From Acidobacteriota bacterium (GTDB lineage: Bacteria > Acidobacteriota > Vicinamibacteria > Fen-336): 56,640 nt of DNA. Positions 15,659 to 23,813 of the stretch are shown piece after piece. Positions within the stretch are counted from its first letter, which is position 1. Every line of letters starts with the position of its first letter. Location: positions 1 through 56,640 of the forward strand of contig JAJDNV010000272.1 in NCBI GenBank assembly GCA_022340545.1. The letters are read 5' to 3'. The position numbers were made by a program, and so were the translations under genes. The notes under the pieces are model-generated. The model was not told the DNA's origin. It worked only from the letters and a program-made list of their open reading frames with translations, and made no database searches.

Positions 15659-16963
15659 TCAGGACTGATCGCCAGGGGTGACGGCCGGCTCACGCGATGT
15701 CCTGGCACCTCCCCCCGGCATCCACACGACGAACGGCATCCCCAGAAGCGTGAGGAGTGCGCAGGCCACGAAGGTCCATCGCATCCCCATCCAATCGGCG
15801 GTTCCACCCACCAGGACCACGACGATCGACCGGATCACGAAGCTCAGCGCCATGTACACGCCATTGGCCAGCGCGCGATGCTCGGGAACCGATTCCTGTA
15901 CCGACGCCATGATGATGGGGGTCGCCATCAGACCGGAGAAGCCCAGGCCAACCAGGATGGGCCCCCTCCACCATCCACTGAGGTGGACCAGGCCGAGCAT
16001 CATCGCGGGTGCGACGAGAAACGAGAACGCCAGCGTCCGCCTTCGACCCAGCACGTCGCTCACGGATCCCCCGACGAGCGCGCCGAACATGCCCGCCCCT
16101 TCGAGAATCGAGAGCGACGCACCTGCAAGCCAGAGCCCAGCGCCGTCTTCTCGCAGGAAGACAGGCAGGAACGTGGTGGAGGCCGCCATCATGAACGACC
16201 GCATGGTCACGACCCCGACCAGGGGGACAAGGAGCGGCCTCATGGCGCGAACCGCACTGGAGACATGCCGTCGTTCGTCCCGACGAGGCGGCTCCCTCCG
16301 CACGTCCCGCAGGCTCAGGGCCAACAGGGCCGATGCGGCCATGCCTCCGATCATGAGCCATGGGATCCCTTCGAGGCCCACGAGGGCCACGGTGCTTACC
16401 ACGAGCACCGGCCCCAGCGTGCGACCCAACTCGCCCCCCACCATCCAGAAACCCATGCCGTACCCGAGGCGACGCCCCGAGAGCCGGCCCGCGACCACCG
16501 GTGCCACTGCGTGCAGGACGGCGGCGGCCACACCCGCCCCGACGAGGAGCAGGGCGAGGACGGCGTAGCCAGGGGCCACGCTCACCAGGCTCATGCAGGC
16601 GGCGGTCACGGCCGGGCTGAGGATGACCGCCAGACGAAGGTCGGCGCGATCGCCCAGGTGGCCGATGAGCGGCTGAAGCAGCGACGGCCCCTGGAGACAG
16701 ACGGTGAGCAGGCCGGCCTCGGCCCGGGCGAGCGAGAGCTTCTCGATGAACACCGGCAGCAGGGGCGGCAGAAACGCGCTGTAGGTATCGTGCGCCGCGT
16801 GAGCGGCAGCGATCGTGACGACCTTCGACGTCTGTGGAGTCTGCAGCTGCCCCGAGTTGGGGGTGTTCACGAACTCAGTCCGGCCCACGCTGCTCGAGGG
16901 GCAGAGAAACGGTGACGCGAGTGCCACCTTCTTCGGGGTGGGAGATGGCGATTTCTCCTCCAT
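15659..16963 (-). CDS. MFS transporter
   Basis: About 12 predicted TM helices and MFS-like loops (GHLGDRADLR, SDVLGRRRT). The ATG at 16963 overlaps the end of the upstream kinase gene by 89 nt. An in-frame GTG at 16870, just after the kinase stop, is an alternative start. Confidence 0.85.
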   Translation of the reverse strand: MEEKSPSPTPKKVALASPFLCPSSSVGRTEFVNTPNSGQLQTPQTSKVVTIAAAHAAHDTYSAFLPPLLPVFIEKLSLARAEAGLLTVCLQGPSLLQPLIGHLGDRADLRLAVILSPAVTAACMSLVSVAPGYAVLALLLVGAGVAAAVLHAVAPVVAGRLSGRRLGYGMGFWMVGGELGRTLGPVLVVSTVALVGLEGIPWLMIGGMAASALLALSLRDVRREPPRRDERRHVSSAVRAMRPLLVPLVGVVTMRSFMMAASTTFLPVFLREDGAGLWLAGASLSILEGAGMFGALVGGSVSDVLGRRRTLAFSFLVAPAMMLGLVHLSGWWRGPILVGLGFSGLMATPIIMASVQESVPEHRALANGVYMALSFVIRSIVVVLVGGTADWMGMRWTFVACALLTLLGMPFVVWMPGGGARTSREPAVTPGDQS

Positions 16964-18269
16964 GGGCCTCGACGTCGCGTTTCACGATGGGCAGGCCGAG
17001 CCCGGTGCCCCGATGGCGGGTCGTGAAGAACGGTTCGAACAGGCGGTCCCGGACGTCAGGAGGGATGCCGGGGCCGTTGTCCTCGATATCGACCTGGGCG
17101 ACGTCGGCGCCGACGCGCACCGCGACGCGGATGGTCCCTTCGCCCTTCATGGCCTGCGCAGCGTTCAGGAACAGGTTGAGGAAGACGTCCTGGAGCATCT
17201 TCTCGTCGGCCTCGAGCGTCACATCCGCGCTCCTGATCTCGACCGAGACCGCGGCCAGGTCGGCGTGCCCGGAGAGGAGCCGCTCGGCGACGCGCAGGAT
17301 GGCCTCAAGGCGTATCGAGGCGATCTCCGGAGTGTGTGGGCGCGCGTAGAGGAGAAGGTCTTCCGTCAGCGCATTCAGGGTGTCGACGCGGTCGACGATC
17401 CTGTCCATGACCGCGCGATCCGCCCCCTCGGCCATGCGCTTGGAGAGAACCTGGATGGCCCCGCGGATTCCCGCGAGCGGATTGCGCACCTCGTGTGCCA
17501 CCACCGCCGCGAGCTGACCCGTCTTGGCGAGGGACTCCTGAGCCCGCAGCCTCCGCTCTATCTTCCTCTGCTCCGTGATGTCCTCGCCTGAGCTGACAGT
17601 CGCTCGAATGCTGCCACCGGAATCGCGAAGAACCGTGTTGTGCCACGCCACGAGACGCTCGTCGCCGGCGCTCGTGACGATCCGGTTCTCGAACGTGCGC
17701 CTGGGGTCGGGGGCCAGCTCGCCCCGGATCAGCTGTCCCAGCCGATGTCGCGTTCGCTCCCGGTGGCTCTCGGACACGAAGCTGTCGACCCAGGGTCGGC
17801 CCAGCACCCTCCGGGGCTCGAGTCCCAGGATCTCGCAGCCCCTCCGATTGATCAGACCCACCCGGCCCTCGCGGTCCAGGACGAGGATCGCGACCGCGGC
17901 CACGTCGAGGTAGGCCTGGGCTTCGGCCTCTTCGCGCAGCAGCGTCTGCTCGACGAGCTTGTGCCGGTAGACGAGAAGGGCCGTCGCCCACACCGCCGCC
18001 GCGGCCAACACATGGTGGACGGCCGATACTCCTCCGGTGTGGGCACTCGGCGAGAGCAGAAGATCCGCGACGATGAGGACGGTGATACCCAGGGCGGCGG
18101 CCAGCGCGAACCGCTCTCGGGGAGACCAGAGGGCGGCGGTGACCACGACGATGTACAGAAAGGAAACGCCAAACCCCTCCGGCAAGAGGAGGTCGAGGGC
18201 GAGGATGGCCAGCGCGAGCCCCGCGGCGAGCAGGGCCGGCCTGGCGGCGTACAGGGAGAGCTTTCTCAT
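16875..18269 (-). CDS. Sensor histidine kinase (4-TM N-terminus, PAS, HisKA, HATPase_c)
   Basis: H-box VVAHEVRNPLAGI, N-box LNLFLNAAQAM, G-boxes DNGPGIP and GTGLGLPIV. A PAS-like segment lies upstream. The start at MRKLSLY (18269) is preferred over 18353. Confidence 0.85.
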   Translation of the reverse strand: MRKLSLYAARPALLAAGLALAILALDLLLPEGFGVSFLYIVVVTAALWSPRERFALAAALGITVLIVADLLLSPSAHTGGVSAVHHVLAAAAVWATALLVYRHKLVEQTLLREEAEAQAYLDVAAVAILVLDREGRVGLINRRGCEILGLEPRRVLGRPWVDSFVSESHRERTRHRLGQLIRGELAPDPRRTFENRIVTSAGDERLVAWHNTVLRDSGGSIRATVSSGEDITEQRKIERRLRAQESLAKTGQLAAVVAHEVRNPLAGIRGAIQVLSKRMAEGADRAVMDRIVDRVDTLNALTEDLLLYARPHTPEIASIRLEAILRVAERLLSGHADLAAVSVEIRSADVTLEADEKMLQDVFLNLFLNAAQAMKGEGTIRVAVRVGADVAQVDIEDNGPGIPPDVRDRLFEPFFTTRHRGTGLGLPIVKRDVEAHGGEIAISHPEEGGTRVTVSLPLEQRGPD

Positions 18270-18312
18270 TCGTAACCTCGGGCCACACTGCCCGGGCCGG
18301 GGCCACGGCGGG

Positions 18313-18328
18313 TGGCCCGCTTCGTGCA
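18313..18328 (+). promoter_or_regulatory. Weak sigma-54-like element upstream of the REC/EBP operon
   Basis: TGGCCCGCTTCGTGCA (GG 18314-15, GC 18326-27; two mismatches to consensus). About 30 nt upstream of the ATG at 18357. Confidence 0.3.
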
Positions 18329-18356
18329 AGGAGTCTACCGCGGAGGCGGCCACGTC

Positions 18357-18817
18357 ATGAATCCTGGGGCGTCCGATCGGCGGACAGTCCTCATCGCGGA
18401 CGACGACGAGCTGATGCGGTGGTCGGCCGCTGAGGGGCTGAGAGAGTCCGGCTACTCAGTGGAGGCGGTCGCCAACGCCCGCGAGGCCCTCCTGCGCTGC
18501 CCCGACGCGGCGGCGATCCTCCTGGACCAGGACCTCCCCGACGTGGATGGGCTGGCTCTCGCCGATACCCTGCGTCTCCGTCACCCCCGATGCGCCGTCC
18601 TTCTCATGACCGCGGATCTCACACCCGAGCTGCGCCGACGGGCTCGGGAGCGAGGCATCGTCGCCGTCCTGCGCAAGCCGTTCTCTCTCGAGACGCTCGC
18701 GGGCGCCATCTGCCAGGCCCTGGAGCACTCGCCGACCCCTGCCGCCAGGCGCCAGCGCGAAGACGATGACGGAGCCTCGGGAGACGGAACCCTCTCGAGA
18801 GGACTAGAATCGGGCTC

Positions 18818-18821
<4 letters not shown>
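18357..18821 (+). CDS. Stand-alone response regulator receiver (REC) protein
   Basis: VLIADDDELMR...LLDQDLPDVDG...LMTAD...KPF: a canonical REC domain. The stop overlaps the next start (GTGA). Confidence 0.8.
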
Positions 18822-20209
<1,388 letters not shown>

Positions 20210-20336
20210 CCGCCGGCTCTGCTAGACGGTCCAGTTGCGCCTCGGATAGCGCGTCGGACCGAAGCCTCCCCTCCTCGGCCACCGGGCGACTCCGTGCCGT
20301 GATCAACCCTCGACCTGGCAGGTCGAACATGGGAAA

Positions 20337-20357
20337 AATCCCCGGCCGGTGGGGATT
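20337..20357. promoter_or_regulatory. Perfect 7-bp inverted repeat AATCCCC-N7-GGGGATT (candidate activator binding site or hairpin)
   Basis: Seen directly at 20337-20357, in the 390-bp intergenic region between the EBP gene and the radical SAM gene. It lies ~100 nt upstream of a weak -24/-12-like element. Confidence 0.3.
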
Positions 20358-20452
20358 CTCAGCGCCGCGGGCGGAGAAGCGATCGCGTGAAGCCACGGGA
20401 GGAGCGGAGGCTCGCAGCCCCCGTAGGCCGCTACCCCGCCAACCCCAGCGGT

Positions 20453-20468
20453 CGGTCCGGATCTTGCT
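20453..20468 (+). promoter_or_regulatory. Weak sigma-54-like element upstream of the radical SAM gene
   Basis: TCGGTCCGGATCTTGCT: GG (20454-55), N10, GC (20466-67), with a perfect TTGCT -12 box but a poor -24 box. About 135 nt upstream of the ATG at 20601. Confidence 0.25.
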
Positions 20469-20600
20469 GGAAGCGAGGGACAGAAGGACGAGAAAGTGCG
20501 AATCGACCTGAGGGTCGTACTCACCGCAATGCTCGGAGCCGAGATTGTCTTTGGCTTTCAGGAGCCCGCCCTGATCGCCGGACCTGACTGAGGCCGAGGC

Positions 20601-21605
20601 ATGCGGTATGTCTATGGTCCCGTACCATCGCGACGCCTTGGGCGTTCCCTTGGAATCGACCCGGTGCCGCCGAAGACCTGCAACTGGAACTGTGTCTACT
20701 GCCAGCTCGGCCGCACCACGCCCCTCTCGAACGAGCGCCGGCAGCTCGCGCCGGTGGAGGTCGTTCTCGATGAGGTGCGGGCCGCGCTGACCGCCCATCG
20801 AGACGGCATCGACTGGGTCGCCTTCGTGGGCTCCGGCGAGCCCACGCTGCACGCGGACCTGGGTCGGATGATCCGGAAGATCCGGGCGATCGTGAGCGTC
20901 CCCATCGCGGTGATCACGAACGGCTCCTTGCTGCATGAGGAAGACGTTCGACGCGGGCTGGCGGCGGCCGACGCGGTACTGCCCTCTCTGGACGCCGGCT
21001 CGGAGGGACTCTATCGCGCCATCAACCGTCCGTACCCGGGACTCACGCTCCCGCGCCACGTCGAGGGGCTCGTCGCTTTTCGGAAGAGCTTCTCCGGAAG
21101 GCTCTGGGTCGAAGTGATGCTGGTGGCCGGCCTGAACGACAGCGAGCCGGCTCTTCGTGATCTCGCCGCCATCCTGCGCCGGATCGAGCCGGATGAAGTC
21201 CACATCAACGTGCCGAGCCGGCCAGCGGCGGAGACGTGGGTGAGGGCCCCCGAGGCCGGCGTCCTGGAGCGGGCCCGCTCCATTCTGGGTGTCGAGGCGC
21301 GCGTGGTCCTTCCGGTGGCTGGCCATTTCGAGCTCGACCCCCATGCCCCCATCGGCGACGCCGTCGTCGAGGTCATCACGCGCCACCCGATGAGCGAGGC
21401 GGAACTCGTGGCAGCGCTCTGTCAACGTTGGGCGCCCGACGACGTGGCCCGTGCGCTGCGAGACCTGATGGCCGACGGCCGCGCCCAGGTGGTGCAGCGC
21501 CAGGGCCAGCGCTTCTGGAGCGCCGCGGCGTACCGCTACGCCAAACACCAGGCGGGCACAGCACGAAATGACGGAGGGGCACTCGACGCCCCGGGAGAAG
21601 TCTGA
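20601..21605 (+). CDS. Radical SAM protein (COG0731-like) with a C-terminal winged-helix-like tail
   Basis: YGPVPSRRLGRSLGIDPVPPKTCNWNCVYCQLG (CxxxCxxC cluster motif). GSGEPTL SAM-binding motif. Confidence 0.85.
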   Translation: MRYVYGPVPSRRLGRSLGIDPVPPKTCNWNCVYCQLGRTTPLSNERRQLAPVEVVLDEVRAALTAHRDGIDWVAFVGSGEPTLHADLGRMIRKIRAIVSVPIAVITNGSLLHEEDVRRGLAAADAVLPSLDAGSEGLYRAINRPYPGLTLPRHVEGLVAFRKSFSGRLWVEVMLVAGLNDSEPALRDLAAILRRIEPDEVHINVPSRPAAETWVRAPEAGVLERARSILGVEARVVLPVAGHFELDPHAPIGDAVVEVITRHPMSEAELVAALCQRWAPDDVARALRDLMADGRAQVVQRQGQRFWSAAAYRYAKHQAGTARNDGGALDAPGEV

Positions 21606-22021
21606 TGGAAAACGAGCTCACACGGATTCTGCGGAGACACTCGCGGTCGCTCGCCACGGAGCTCGCTGCGCAGCTCGCAAGCCGATCGACCTCACTCCAT
21701 CGGAAGGTCGACCCAGCCGTCCTGTCGGTGCGTTGTCGGATGCTCATGGAGGCACTGATCAGATCGACGCACATGGGATCGGAGCAGTTGGGCGAGTTCG
21801 TCGGCACGATCACCGAGCGTCGCCTCGCGGAGGGAATTGATCTGGAAGACCTCCAGCGGGCCCTGCGGGCTCTCGAGGTGATCGCCTGGCGGGCCGTGGC
21901 CAACGAGTCGAGTCTCGACTCCCTCAGGGCCAACCTCACCGCGCTCAACACCACCATGGGCTACGCGCGAGACGAGCTGGCTCGCGCCTCCCAGGCCCAC
22001 GCCGACGCGGCCGCCTCGTAG
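21605..22021 (+). CDS. Small RsbRD_N-like helical protein, translationally coupled to the radical SAM gene
   Basis: The ATG overlaps the upstream stop (TGATG). The core FVGTITERRLAEGIDLEDLQRALRALEVIAWRAV parallels that of the 5158-5718 protein. Confidence 0.6.
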   Translation: MENELTRILRRHSRSLATELAAQLASRSTSLHRKVDPAVLSVRCRMLMEALIRSTHMGSEQLGEFVGTITERRLAEGIDLEDLQRALRALEVIAWRAVANESSLDSLRANLTALNTTMGYARDELARASQAHADAAAS

Positions 22022-22091
22022 CCAAGGCCCTGGTGCGGGATTCCTGCCGGCAAGGTGGGGATTCTTCGGCGCCGAGACCCCAGGCTCGGGC

Positions 22092-23813
22092 TCAGGGCTC
22101 GAGCTTCTCCCCCTGCCGGGGAAGCGTCTTCGCGGCCAGGAGGCCCTCGCCCTCCTTGACGAACACCACCTGGTTCGCCACGACCTCTCCGATGCGGTCG
22201 ATCTGTCCACTGGGCCAGACGACCTCGATGGACTCCGCCTTGTGGTGGGGGCCGAGACCAAAGGTCAGGGCGATGTCGCTCTGCGAGCCGTAGCTCGATC
22301 CGGTGTGCACCAGCCGCCAGGACGTTCGGCCCCCGGGCAGCGTCACCGCGACCCGGGCTCCAATCCCGTCGCGGTTCGATTGCGTCCCGATCGTCTTCAC
22401 GCGGATGAAGCGGTTCCGGTTCCCGCCGTCGTTCCGGTAGAGCACGGCACGGCCGTTGTTGGTGTTGACGAGCACGTCGAGGTCGCCGTCGTTGTCGAAG
22501 TCCCCGTTCGCCGCCCCTCGCCCGACGACCGGCTGCTGCAGGGCCGCCCCCAGCTCTGCGGTGACGTTCTCGAAGCGCCGCCCGTCGACGTTGCGGAAGA
22601 CGTGGGGGGGCTGGGCGTAGGTGACCGCCGGTTGGACCGTGTTGATGTCGTCGGCCACGTGGCCGTTGGCGGCGAAGATGTCGAAGAGGCCGTCGAGATC
22701 GTAGTCGAAGAAGAAGACCCCAAAGGCGAGGGTGAGGAGGCTCGCCCGTCCCACCTCCGAGGTCGGCGCGTCGTCCACGTAGAGGCCGTTCCCCTCGTTG
22801 TGGTAGAGGCCGATCATCTCATTCGAGAAGTTGCCGATCACGAGGCTCGTCCGGCCGCTCCCCGAGTAGTCCGCGGCATCAATGCCCATGCCCGCCCGGG
22901 CGACGCCCCTTTCGTCGAAGGCCATCCCCGCCACCGTTCCGACCTCGGTGAAGGTGCCGTCGCCGTTGTTGCGGAAGAGCTGGTTGGGCTCGGTGTCGTT
23001 GGCCAAAGCGAAGTCGGGCCACCCGTCGTCGTCGTGGTCGAGGAGCGCCACCCCCAGGGCCTTGGAGGTGGGGCTCCAGATCCCGGCCTTCCGGGTGACG
23101 TCCTCGAACGTCCCGTCGCCCCGGTTGCGCAGGAGCGTGGGGCTCTCGCCCCGGTAGGACTCCGGGGTGCAGTACGACTTCGAGGTGCCGTCGAGCGTGC
23201 AGAAGAGATCGGTGTCGATCGTCCAGACCACGTAGTTGGCCACGACGAGGTCGAGGTGCCCGTCCCTGTCGTAGTCGAAGAACATCGCGCTCGTGGGGAA
23301 GCTCGCCGGTCCGCGCGCCCCCGCCTTCTCGGTCGCGTCGGCGAAGCGGCCGTTCCCCAGGTTGCGGAAGAGACGGCTCCCGCCCACGGCGGTCACGTAG
23401 AGGTCGGTCCAGCCGTCGTTGTCGTAGTCCGCCGCGGCGACGCCGATGCCGTACATCTCGACCGCCAGCCCGGCCTCGCGGGTGACGTTCCTGAACTTGC
23501 CGTCGCGGGTGTTGCGAAAGAGGGCGGAGTAGACGGGCTCCCCGGACTGCCCGGGAAAGCGCCTGGAGTTGACCAGGAAGATGTCCAGCCAGCCGTCGTT
23601 GTCGTAGTCAAAGAAGGCACAGCCCGATCCCGTGGTCTCCGGGAGGTACTTCCGCCCAAAGGCCCCGCTCGTGTGCTGGAAGTCGAGGCGGGCGTGGCGC
23701 GCGCCGCTGTTGAACTGCACACGCGCCGCGCCGTCGGGAGCAGCGGGTCCGGGGGCGCCGAGCGTGAGCCCGGCAACGGCCACGACGACCGGGCGGAGAG
23801 CACGCCGCCTCAC
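22092..23813 (-). CDS. CRTAC1-family protein (FG-GAP/VCBS repeats plus ASPIC/UnbV C-terminal domain)
   Basis: Six DxDxDG-type repeats (DYDNDGWLD, DYDNDGWTD, DYDRDGHLD, DHDDDGWPD, DYDLDGLFD, DFDNDGDLD) and a UnbV-like tail (GSSYGSQSD...VVWPSG). Confidence 0.85.
   Translation of the reverse strand: MRRRALRPVVVAVAGLTLGAPGPAAPDGAARVQFNSGARHARLDFQHTSGAFGRKYLPETTGSGCAFFDYDNDGWLDIFLVNSRRFPGQSGEPVYSALFRNTRDGKFRNVTREAGLAVEMYGIGVAAADYDNDGWTDLYVTAVGGSRLFRNLGNGRFADATEKAGARGPASFPTSAMFFDYDRDGHLDLVVANYVVWTIDTDLFCTLDGTSKSYCTPESYRGESPTLLRNRGDGTFEDVTRKAGIWSPTSKALGVALLDHDDDGWPDFALANDTEPNQLFRNNGDGTFTEVGTVAGMAFDERGVARAGMGIDAADYSGSGRTSLVIGNFSNEMIGLYHNEGNGLYVDDAPTSEVGRASLLTLAFGVFFFDYDLDGLFDIFAANGHVADDINTVQPAVTYAQPPHVFRNVDGRRFENVTAELGAALQQPVVGRGAANGDFDNDGDLDVLVNTNNGRAVLYRNDGGNRNRFIRVKTIGTQSNRDGIGARVAVTLPGGRTSWRLVHTGSSYGSQSDIALTFGLGPHHKAESIEVVWPSGQIDRIGEVVANQVVFVKEGEGLLAAKTLPRQGEKLEP

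Noticed and set aside
22046-22078. CCGGCaaGGTGGGGATTCTtcgGCGCCG downstream of the radical SAM cassette resembles CCGGCcGGTGGGGATTCTcaGCGCCG at 20344-20368 upstream of it. These could be direct repeats flanking a 1.7-kb two-gene module.
   Set aside because: The identical core is only 12 nt. My rough estimate is that matches of this quality arise by chance many times in a GC-rich 56-kb window. There is no integrase or transposase and no target-site logic. It is kept only as a possible shared protein-binding motif.
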